Below, piece by piece: positions 1 to 8,903 of a stretch of DNA of 36,163 nt (its first letter is position 1; each line of letters starts with the position of its first letter). Below the pieces are notes generated by a model, which was not told where the DNA came from, made no database searches, and was given only the letters and a program-made list of their open reading frames with translations. The stretch is from assembly GCA_002269645.1 (NCBI GenBank), contig NIVC01004751.1, forward strand, positions 1 through 36,163. Direction: 5' to 3'. This DNA comes from Macrostomum lignano. Its lineage: Eukaryota. The translations under genes were made by a program, and so were the position numbers.

Positions 1-1
1 A

Positions 2-2826
2 ATGTTGAAGCGGTCAGATGTAGCAAAGACGTTTTAGATCCTGAGGGAAAAGCGGACTGAAGTGGATCTTCTAGTGATTGGTAATTTACTAGAGGAGGCT
101 CACTATGTTTGGATTAAAGATCTTTCAAGACTCATTCACAAACAGTTGAATAATCATCACGAGGCTGTTGCCATCTGCCGCTTGTGCCTTAAACATTACA
201 GTGGATCTGAAGCGTCTTGAGAAACTAGCAGAGCATGAATTATCATGTCGAGATCACCCACAACTGCTCTCTTCCTTCAGCTGAAGAGAAGTATCTCCGG
301 TTTAAGAACTATCAAGATGGAGAAGCTCCCATTTGTTGTATATGCTGATTTCGAATGCTCAATCATGCCAGAGACTCAAACTCAAACCCAAATCAAAAAC
401 AAACTCAAACTCAAAAACAAACCAAACTCAAAAACATGTCCCCAATTCAGTAGCATATGCCTTTATTAATACAAAGGACTTGTTGAGTATAATTATTTCT
501 TTGGAGAGCAGTGTGTGGAGCAGTTTATTGCCAGAATGTTAGAGTTGCAAAAAGTGATTAGCACCCTTCAGCCTGTTCCAATAATGATGACTGAGGAGGA
601 TGAAAGCAATTTCCTATCAGCAACTCATTGCCACATCTGCAGAAACAGTTAACTTGCACTGATATTAAAAACCCCACCGTTAGGGACCACTGCCACTATA
701 CTGGGAAATTTAGAGGTGCAGCGCATAACACCTGTAATCTAAAGCTAAATCAAACATTCATGATCTAACAATATTTTGTCACAACGCAAAGAACTATGAC
801 ATGCATTTAATAGTTGAAAAAATCGGCATGATTCCAGACATACACCTTGACTGCATCGCAGAAACAAGGAGAAGTTTAAGTGTGTTGATATTAAACAGGA
901 TAATTCAGGTAAAGTATCGGTTCGGTACAGGTAAAATAAGACTGAAGGATTCATATCAATTTCTAGCTGCCAGTCTAGACGAACTAAGCAAGAATCTAAA
1001 AGATGAACAATGTACATATACAAAGATATTTGCAAGTAAAATTAACAACACTTATGAATCATTTAAACTTTTAAGAAAGAAAGGCTTCTACCCCTATGAG
1101 AATATTACTGGTTATCACGTATTTGAAGAAGGTTTTACCACCAGGAAGTTCTTTTCAAAGCTAACAGACTCTGGAATCTCTGACAAAGACTATGAGCACG
1201 CGAAGCATGTCTATAATTACTTTAATTGTCAAAACTTCTTCCAGTATCACCTGCTTTACCTCTACACAGATGTGTTTCTGCTGGCCGATGTGTTTTGAAA
1301 CCTTCAGATACACCTGGTACACAGCATATGGCCTCGATCCAGCACATTATGTGTCTCTGCCTGCCACTAGCTGGGAATCTTTGCTTAAAATGAAATGGGA
1401 TCAAGATCCAGATTGGTACATTGAACTTCTTACAGACATTGACATGTACATTTTGTCGAATCGTCAAAGCGAGGGGGATCTCAATTTGTTAACAGGTATG
1501 CAAAAGCAAACAATCCCTACATTGAATCTTACAATAAGGAGCAGCCCTCAAACTACATTACTTACTTGGACGCTAATAATCTCTACGGGTGGGCGATGAG
1601 TCAAGATCTTCCAGTTAGAGATTTTCGATGGCTATCCTCATCAGAATTCAAATGGGACTTTTCATTGGCTGCCATTTATGAGGTTGATGTTTACATTCCA
1701 CGAGAGCTTCACGGCGTTTTCTCTGACTTTCCACCCTTCCCAGAGAACATCAAGTGTCCGAAAATAATCGAAACTCCCAGTGGAACTTGGCGCCTATCAG
1801 GAACAGAAAAAGAACATACAGAAAACTAACACAGAATCTAAACAACAAGACACGTTACAAAATCCATTACAAACTGCTTCAGTATTTTATCTCACTTGGT
1901 TGCAGGGTCACCAAAGTTCACAGGCTCTTACATTTACAGAGGAAGCGTGGATGAAACCCTACATTGATAAGAACACCCAGTTTAGGACCAAAGCAACCAA
2001 CGACTTTGACAAGAACCTCTTTAAGTTGGCCAACAACTCTGTCTATGGCAAGACTCTTGAGAATGAGCGGAAAAGAACAAACCTGAAACTTGTTACCTCA
2101 TCAGAGCCTGCTGTTATTCAGGCAAATATGTCAAAGCCAACATTCAAAGAACTCCATATCTTTAATAGCTACTTAGGTGTGATCATATTTTACAAAACCA
2201 AGGTGACGCTGCGCAAGCCGATCTATACAGGTGTCACTGTTCTCGACGAATCAAAACGTCTGATGTACCAATTCTTCTATGGGATGAAGCAGCAGTACAA
2301 GGATAAAATGAAACTCTTGTACACTGACACAGACAGTTTTATTATGGACATTCAAACAGAAGACATTTATCAGGACATGCTGCAGCAAAAAGATTTGTTT
2401 GACTTGTCTGAGTATGATGAATCTTTCAGGACACAGAATGGCGATCAAGTGTTTGATGCCACTAACAAGAAAGTGATTGGGAAAATGAAGGACGAGATTG
2501 CTGGTGACATAATCACTGAATTCATTGGGTTGCGAGCAAAGTCCTATTTTGTAAAATGTGAGTCGTCAGACCCAATTAAAAAATCAAAGGGAATTTCGAA
2601 ACGTGTGGTTAGGAAGGAAATTAATGAAGCTGAATACAGAGACGCCTTGAATTGCAACAAAAAGACATCACATGAGTTCTCAAAGCTACAATCTAAAAAC
2701 CATATTATTCACACAATTCAGCAAAAGAAGATTGGACTGTCAGGTGCTGATAACAAAAGATTCATTTTTGATGACAATATTAACAGTCTACCGTTCGGGC
2801 ACTGGAGGTTAAGTTTAGGAGATTGA
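2..2826 (+). pseudogene. polB: Protein-primed family B DNA polymerase (Polinton type), roughly 10 frameshifts in bases 1-1930; 5' end outside the window
   Basis: Motifs recovered across shifting frames: HYVWIKDLSRL, VVYADFEC (ExoI), HCHIC...VRDHCHYTGKFRGAAHNTCNL (Zn/EndoVII-like insert), HNAKNYDMH, KDSYQF, KGFYPYE, DVFLLADVFETFR, YLDANNLYGWAMSQ, KLANNSVYGKT, YTDTDS, GKMKDE. In-frame TAG at 35-37. Confidence 0.95.
374..435 (+). repeat. Degenerate (AAACTC/AAAC)n microsatellite inside polB
   Basis: actcaaactcaaacccaaatcaaaaacaaactcaaactcaaaaacaaaccaaactcaaaaac, between the YADFEC and HVPNS motifs. Confidence 0.8.
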
Positions 2827-2917
2827 GTTTAGGAGGTGGAGATTAGGTTTAGGAGGTGGAGGTTAGGTTTAGGAGGTGGAGGTTAGGTTCGGCCACTGGA
2901 GATTAGGTTTAGGTTTA
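2794..2917 (+). repeat. 20-bp tandem array (consensus TTTAGGAGGTGGAGGTTAGG) spanning the polB stop codon
   Basis: About 6 units; the first and last full units are the variant TTCGG(G/C)CACTGGAG(G/A)TTA(A/G)G. Confidence 0.9.
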
Positions 2918-2945
2918 AGAGAAAGTTTAATAAACCTCATAAAAA

Positions 2946-3356
2946 ATGACAAAAATGACGACAAATAACTTTCTTGAAGATTTGGCTAACGAACTGGAAA
3001 TCCCAAACTTTAGAGGAATATTTATGAGGGACACTCTGCCTGATTTTCCTCTAAGAAAAGAATGCGGCATCATGAACTTTGACACCACCGATAAGCCAGG
3101 ATCTCATTGGGTTTGCTGGGTGATTGATCCCGATCGCAAGCACAAGTGTTATTACTTCGATAGCTATGGGACGGCAGTACCAGAAGAGCTAAGAAATTAT
3201 ATGAAGGGAAAAAATAATAAAAAAATTTATCGCTCAGACTTTATTCTCCAAGGTCTTAGCAGTGATATTTGCGGTGAGCTGTGCATGACTGTTTTGTATG
3301 CAATGACCAAAACACGAAAGACCTACAAGGAAATTATTCATACCTGTGTTTCATAA
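2946..3356 (+). CDS. Adenain-like (C5) cysteine maturation protease, 136 aa
   Basis: GSHW (His), YFDSYG (Asp), Q...ICGELC (Gln/Cys) in the adenovirus/Polinton PRO order; intact ORF. Confidence 0.92.
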   Translation: MTKMTTNNFLEDLANELEIPNFRGIFMRDTLPDFPLRKECGIMNFDTTDKPGSHWVCWVIDPDRKHKCYYFDSYGTAVPEELRNYMKGKNNKKIYRSDFILQGLSSDICGELCMTVLYAMTKTRKTYKEIIHTCVS

Positions 3357-3360
3357 GGGT

Positions 3361-4101
3361 TCATTGTGCATTTCTCGTTGTCCTTCTTACCGAATTTCTT
3401 GCCGACTTTCTTGCTGAATTTCTTTCCACATAATGTTGAAGAACTTTCTCGAGTTCATTTCTCAGCTGACTCATGTCATCAGTACCAACCATGTTCAAGT
3501 TCATTCCAATTGATTGTTCATAAAGATCCTGAATGGTTTTGAACTCATCCTCTGAAATGAACTTATCCTCGATTGCCCTTGAAATGTACCCTATGATTGA
3601 AGTGTGCACCCCTTTCTCTTTTACTTGCTTCTCCTGTAGCTGTTTTAGTTTTTTTCGCCTGTTTCGCGCTAATGCTCCAGTAATTGCTGAAATAAGTCCA
3701 CATGCAGCACCCACAGAGCCGAGCGGGATTGCGATTGGGGCTGTGATGACTGGCAACGTTGAGACAGCTGCAGCAGATCCAGATAGAACAGACACAGATC
3801 CTAGAATCATATTGCTGTAGTCGAAAAATTTTCAGTGGCTGTCATAGCGCTTAATTTTCTTTGTGTTGTGGAAAATATTTTTTTCAATGTCATCTCGCAT
3901 TTTTTGAATCTCCACTAGTCGAAATTGTTGAGAGTTACAAGTAATGACGGGGTAAAGTTTTTGTTGCTCATATTGAGGTGCATTCAGATTCGGTGCATTC
4001 AGGCTTTGTGTGTTCGAATTCGGTGCCATTGAGTTTGGTGCTGTCGGTATTTTAGGTTCAGCGTATTGAGACTGATCGTATAGAGAATTTTGTTGGGCCA
4101 T
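3361..4101 (-). pseudogene. Conserved Polinton/adintovirus hydrophobic membrane-type protein, 247 codons with one in-frame TGA (3832-3834)
   Basis: ORFs 3832-4101 and 3361-3810 are in one frame, joined by TGA + KFFDYSN. LYP...QQFRL, a Gly/Ala-rich hydrophobic hairpin and ISRAIEDKFISEDEF resemble a Polinton family I recall (no search run). Confidence 0.75.
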
Positions 4102-4147
4102 TTTTTCCCTAGAAAAAAAAAATTATAAAACTATCCGGTTTGAAGAT

Positions 4148-4912
4148 CTATTGTTTTGAAAAAAAAGATCTGTTTTCTTTTGATTTGATTTGATTTTGAT
4201 GAAATTTGATAATTTCATCTGTAGAAATGACCGGACGAGCAGTAGATTCTGCTTCATCAATAGCAATATCACTAAGATTGAGTGTTCTCTCCAGACGATC
4301 AAGCCTCCTTATTATTTTACCCCAAAAGCTATACATTCCGTTTAGATAGCTACTGTGTGATACATCCTTTCTCTTTAATGCTTCAAGTCTTTCTTTGATT
4401 CGATCATGCAACGATGTTGACTGAGTCATGAACTCTTCTAAATTCCTCACTTTACCTGTGTTGGTTGCGACGTTTTCTTTAATTCTATCATGCAACGCTG
4501 TTGACTGGTTCATGAACTCTTCTAAATTATTTACTTTAGCTGTGTTTGTGAAAACTCCTCCTTCGAGAATACGCATCCGTCTATCAGTGGAATTTCCCAG
4601 AAGAATAACTGATGATCTCAAGCCGTTGATTAGCGAGACTATCGAAGTTATTTCTGACCTAAGTTCATTAGTTGCGTTTAACAACGGCACATAAAGCTTA
4701 TCACTTTCAAACTTCTGCCTAGCTACTTTAAGCCTGAGATCTTCCATGTTTATTTGCAACTGGTGCATGGAGCGTTCTAATTGTTTCAGTCTGTTTTTAT
4801 TCAGTTTGATCTCTGGGATCTCTTCATCAGTGTTAATGTAGCGCTTGTCAAGGAAGGAAGTTGTGAGAGTGCTGTTGCCTGTAGTTGACTCACCTGCAAA
4901 ATTAATAAACAT
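4148..4912 (-). CDS. Coiled-coil protein of unknown function, 254 aa, with a 28-aa internal duplication
   Basis: Intact ORF, heptad-rich, A6-ATG start like neighbouring genes. Confidence 0.75.
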   Translation of the reverse strand: MFINFAGESTTGNSTLTTSFLDKRYINTDEEIPEIKLNKNRLKQLERSMHQLQINMEDLRLKVARQKFESDKLYVPLLNATNELRSEITSIVSLINGLRSSVILLGNSTDRRMRILEGGVFTNTAKVNNLEEFMNQSTALHDRIKENVATNTGKVRNLEEFMTQSTSLHDRIKERLEALKRKDVSHSSYLNGMYSFWGKIIRRLDRLERTLNLSDIAIDEAESTARPVISTDEIIKFHQNQIKSKENRSFFSKQ

Positions 4913-4928
4913 TTTTTTAAATGAAAAA

Positions 4929-5728
4929 TTAAAGTAAAATTCTTTTCTCCTTATTAATCATGACAAACTGATAGGGTTGGTTCCACTTTTCATAGCATAT
5001 GTTAACAAATTCCTCCTGTGATATTGTTCTGTTAGAGTTCTTAGCTGGATATGTAATGTGAGCTGGGGCAATGACCTCTTTTTAAAATCGTTTCAGTCGA
5101 TCCTGTGGTATGGTTGGGAAAAGGAGAATCAAATTACAGTTACCTCTAATTGTTTTATTTGGCAGTTCAAACCAGTTTTGGGCAATGTAAATAACATTGC
5201 AATTATTATGTCTACCCGGGTGAAATAATTTTCTATCTGTTTCTGGGGACCGGTCATGCAGTCATCGAAGACAATCAGGTGCTTTCTCCCCTTTTCTAGT
5301 TCATCAGGTTGAGGTAAGAGTTTGGTTTTAGGATCTATCTGTGGATCTCCATAAGTGAAAACTTTAATGTTTTGCCATTTTTCATTGTCTGGGATGTGCT
5401 TTGCGTATTCAGTGGCTACAACTTCCGGGTTGCTGTTGAGGTCTTTTTGATGTCTAAAACATTGAATAATATCTTCCTTGTTGAGTTTGTTCTGTAGGCC
5501 CGCTACTAGCATTTTATACTCATCTTGATACAGAGTGGGTGAATAGATATGTAGTGTGTCATAATCGAGGAATCCAGGTCTGAGGAGCATGTTAAAAACT
5601 CTGAAGGTTTTCCCTGACCCAGATGAGCCAACAACAATGCATCGGAAGTGCCCTGGAATTATCTCGCTGTGAGCAAATTTTATCTGATTGCGTGTCCAGT
5701 GGGGATGAAAGTCGTTTGTGAAGTCCAT
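4929..5728 (-). pseudogene. Genome-packaging ATPase (A32/FtsK-HerA type), 1-nt deletion near 5217 and in-frame TAA at 5082-5084
   Basis: Walker A GSSGSGKT and Walker B LIVFDD. After the shift the frame reads TR(G)RHNNCNVIYIAQNWFELPNKTIRGNCNLILLF (Arg finger and Gln sensor), ending at TAA 4929-4931. Confidence 0.93.
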
Positions 5729-5777
5729 TTTTTATGTAAAAAAACTTTTTCTTTTTAAACTTGTGTATTTAAGACGC

Positions 5778-5889
5778 GTGTGTCTTTTTTCGGGATGTGT
5801 ATGTGTGTGTCTCTTTGCGGGATGTGTGTGTCTTTTTTCGGGTTGTGTGTGTCTTTTTTCGACTAGTCCTACATCCGACTAGTCCTACA
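5778..5889. repeat. Intergenic repeats: 4 x GTGTGTCTTTTTTCGGGA-like, then 2 x GACTAGTCCTACA
   Basis: Units start at 5778, 5805, 5826 and 5847; the 13-mers at 5861 and 5877. Confidence 0.85.
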
Positions 5890-5924
5890 CCCTCACACCT
5901 CTTTTACCGTCAGGGTGCACCAAA

Positions 5925-6305
5925 TTAGTCAAATTTAAAACCGCCTCCTTTCTTATATTCAGCTCTCATCTTTGCGTAGATGGCTGGATCGACACTATCT
6001 GCACTCGGTGCAAGGGGTTGAATATCTGATATTGATTTCCGGGTTTCATGAACCGTGTCTTTAATCTTTTTGGCTGCTGTGACTACACTGCCGGCCGCTT
6101 CGGCAACATTCTTGATGTTCTCTTTGTTCTCTCCAATGACCTTAAAAATCTTGGCCCCCTGAGCGATCAAATCGGCAAGACCGTTCCCTGAGCGTTCTTT
6201 TCTTGGATAGTGGCCTGCAGGGAAAAGTCCAGATCCGCGTTTAATGAGATTAAGTTCCTCTTTGTCATAGTATTTGTCAATGTCTTTTTCGAAAATAAGA
6301 GGCAT
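5925..6305 (-). CDS. Small basic virion-core/pVI-like protein, 126 aa (start MPLIFEK)
   Basis: ATG 6305 has the element's TAAAA-ATG context and follows the upstream stop at 6322. Contains RGSG, SGNG and KGGG motifs plus the amphipathic segment LADLIAQGAKIFKVI. Confidence 0.7.
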   Translation of the reverse strand: MPLIFEKDIDKYYDKEELNLIKRGSGLFPAGHYPRKERSGNGLADLIAQGAKIFKVIGENKENIKNVAEAAGSVVTAAKKIKDTVHETRKSISDIQPLAPSADSVDPAIYAKMRAEYKKGGGFKFD

Positions 6306-6321
6306 TTTTACTTGAAATAAA

Positions 6322-7566
6322 TTATTTTTTGTTGAACCGCGAAAGCAGAAGCTCTCTCGCCCTCTTATCGATGTATTTTCTCTCAAGCATTTTATTGAGG
6401 ATGTGAACGAACTCTTTTCTATTCTCATCTTTCATTCCGGTCTTTGCCGCTCCTAGAAGAACCGCTACTCGCTTGTAGAATTCAGGCATGCCTTTTCCGG
6501 AAGAGCTTGGTGGTGATTCGAATGATTGGTCAGAGAAGGATGTTCCTGGTGAGGGTTGCTGTAGCCTAGGTGTGAATACTCTGTCATTAATTCGCTTCAT
6601 TCGTTCTGGGGAGAACTGTTCTAATTGTCGCCAAGTATCAGGGTATGTATCTTTGTACTGCGAAACATAAATCGGTTCTGCAGCGTCAAGTTGATCAAGT
6701 ACTTGTTCAACCTGGGTTTTTTGTTGCTGTGGAGGTGGAGGTTGCTGTGGTTTCTGCTGTTGCTGTGGTTGTGGTTGTTGTTGTGGTTGTGGTTGCTGCT
6801 GTTGTGGTTGCTGTTGTGGTTGCTGCTGTTGTGGTTGTTGCTGCTGTGGTTGTGGTTGTTGTGGTTGTTGTCTTATGACCTCTTCTTGATCCGGCAAACC
6901 AAACCATTGTTTAAAGTCTTTGTATTTTTTAAAATTGTTCAAGACAATCCTGTTTTCATGTAAAATTTTCAAAACACCGTTGTTCTTGAGCATATCTATG
7001 TCCCTATCGAGAGCAAAGGTAACAAGATCTTTGTAATTTTCGAGCTGCTTTTTAGACGTTTTCTCTAGATTTTTAGTCATGTAATCAAGTAAAGTTTTAG
7101 TAAACTTGATTTTTTTAGATTTTGCGCCTTTATTGATTAAAATATTTTCCTTTGTCACTTCAATGTTGTAATCCGCCGGTTCCCCGGTAATATTTTTTCG
7201 CCAGGCACTAATTCCAAAAATATATTTTCCATCATCCACTACGGGGCCAAAAAAGTTATCCGTCACTTTCATCTGCACCGGTTGTGCTTCTGGTTGTCCT
7301 GGTACCTGAGCCTGTGGTTGTCCTGGTGAAGATGGGATTTTACCCAATGTGTTTTGCAAGTGGCTCTCTTGAATATCATCAACTGCTTCCTTCACAGTGT
7401 CGAGGTTTTTCTTCGCTTCTGTGTATCCGGGTTTGTGAAATTCGGTGGCTGCTTGGACGAATTCATTGTAGGATTGTTGCTCCTTATTTATTAGCCCGGT
7501 AACTCGTTTCTCTGCTTGTGCTAGCTTCTCCAATTCAGATATCTGCTGTGTACTTTTTCGCTTCAT
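6322..7566 (-). CDS. Uncharacterised Polinton protein, 414 aa, with a Q/P-rich linker
   Basis: Intact ORF. C-terminus GKG..EFYKRVAVLLGAAKTG...KEFVHILNKMLERKYI resembles a Polinton-conserved motif I recall. Confidence 0.8.
   Translation of the reverse strand: MKRKSTQQISELEKLAQAEKRVTGLINKEQQSYNEFVQAATEFHKPGYTEAKKNLDTVKEAVDDIQESHLQNTLGKIPSSPGQPQAQVPGQPEAQPVQMKVTDNFFGPVVDDGKYIFGISAWRKNITGEPADYNIEVTKENILINKGAKSKKIKFTKTLLDYMTKNLEKTSKKQLENYKDLVTFALDRDIDMLKNNGVLKILHENRIVLNNFKKYKDFKQWFGLPDQEEVIRQQPQQPQPQQQQPQQQQPQQQPQQQQPQPQQQPQPQQQQKPQQPPPPQQQKTQVEQVLDQLDAAEPIYVSQYKDTYPDTWRQLEQFSPERMKRINDRVFTPRLQQPSPGTSFSDQSFESPPSSSGKGMPEFYKRVAVLLGAAKTGMKDENRKEFVHILNKMLERKYIDKRARELLLSRFNKK
6715..6868 (-). repeat. 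(CAA/CAG/CCA)n coding microsatellite encoding poly-Q/P
   Basis: gttgctgt/ggttgt repeats on the + strand; translates as QQPQQPQPQQQQ... Confidence 0.9.
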
Positions 7567-7596
7567 TTCTTATTTTATTTTATTTTTAGTTAAAAA

Positions 7597-8883
7597 ATGA
7601 ACGACCCACTGACACCAGTTTTCTACAAAATTAACAAGCCTATTTTGAGTGATGATAGCACAATCAAAGCGACTCAGGTAAGAGTTCCCAGTCAGGAAAA
7701 TCAGAATGAAACTAATCTTGGTCCTGGCCAAACACTGACATTTACATACAATGGATGTTCGTCTTTGGTTAGTGTGCACAGTCTTAAGAGCGGCTTCCAT
7801 ATGACATTTCAATTCAAGACAAAAGGTGGTGCAGATGCGGCTCGTGTTAACGTTGACAAGCATGATGCGGATGTGGCTCTGATCAGTAACTTTTGGGCGT
7901 ACATGTTCAAGGAGTTTAGTGTATCGAATGGGAGCACAGAGTTGGAGCGAATCGCCAACTTTGGAATTGTCTATGACGCTCATTGTTTGATCGAGAATCC
8001 TGATTTTATTCAGTTGGGAAGTGGTGCGGGTTTTATTGCAGATGAAAAAGAAGGAGACATCAATGACAGTGGCTATAAAAAGAGGAAGAAGAGATACAAC
8101 TATGCATTGCAAGGTGCTGATGATGCTGCTAAAAACCCGCTGTATCGGTCTGTTGATGTATTTGTACCACTGAGATTTATGAGTGGATTCTATAATACAT
8201 TTAATCGACTGACTAGTAACTTTAGCTACACTTTTAAGATGACTAGAGATGATCGCAGTAGAGTGTTGTGGACTGGGGCGGACCACACAAGGATGGAGGT
8301 GAAGCTAACCGGAATCGAGCTGTATTTGGAAGTCATTGAGCCAAAGACTGCACTAAAAGCAGATTATCTTAAGGCAATAGAGAAGGACATTGATGTTGCA
8401 TACACAGCCTACATGTGTCGAGATGAGCGAAACGAAACTAGAACAAACATCTGCATCAAAGAGGGATCATGCAGCAATCCAAGGTATATTATTATTAACA
8501 TGAGAAACCCAAATAGAATTATACGCTACATGCATGGAGACGTTCGGTCCATTCAGCATGAAATCAGTGATAATCTTTACCCTGCACTGCCACAAAATGG
8601 AGATTTCAGTCAGAACAAGATTAGAAAATTTTACAGCGAGTTGGTCGACTTGGCTGTGAAAGAGAACAATGGAATTGCTATCACTGCTCTTCAATATGGA
8701 ACTCTATATCCAATGTTTGGCGCTGATGTGTCTGCCAGACGAATGCCTACTGATAACAGCCCTGTGAATATCGTGACTAACATTAAGAGGACTGTCGCAA
8801 CACCCGTGGACTTGTACATTATCTATGCATTTGAGAGGAAGGTGAAGCTTAACATGATCAACAATTCATCCAGTAAAGTTTGA
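7597..8883 (+). CDS. Major capsid protein (double jelly-roll, Polinton PY-type), 428 aa
   Basis: Intact ORF of the expected size and beta-rich pattern: DDSTI, VFVPLRFMSGF, FKMTR, NPRYIII, NLYP, LYPMFGADVS, LYIIYAFERKV. Adjacent to the penton gene. Confidence 0.88.
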   Translation: MNDPLTPVFYKINKPILSDDSTIKATQVRVPSQENQNETNLGPGQTLTFTYNGCSSLVSVHSLKSGFHMTFQFKTKGGADAARVNVDKHDADVALISNFWAYMFKEFSVSNGSTELERIANFGIVYDAHCLIENPDFIQLGSGAGFIADEKEGDINDSGYKKRKKRYNYALQGADDAAKNPLYRSVDVFVPLRFMSGFYNTFNRLTSNFSYTFKMTRDDRSRVLWTGADHTRMEVKLTGIELYLEVIEPKTALKADYLKAIEKDIDVAYTAYMCRDERNETRTNICIKEGSCSNPRYIIINMRNPNRIIRYMHGDVRSIQHEISDNLYPALPQNGDFSQNKIRKFYSELVDLAVKENNGIAITALQYGTLYPMFGADVSARRMPTDNSPVNIVTNIKRTVATPVDLYIIYAFERKVKLNMINNSSSKV

Positions 8884-8903
8884 ATAATTTTTTTTCAATA
8901 AAA

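Noticed and set aside
1-5728. Alternative genetic code explaining in-frame stops
   Set aside because: Lesions include TAG, TGA, TAA and many frameshifts, and neighbouring genes use these codons as true stops; decay is simpler.
6625-8286. Shadow ORFs (6625-6963, 6645-6878, 6707-6907, 7284-7502, 7570-8286)
   Set aside because: Antisense or off-frame products of the microsatellite and the MCP gene.
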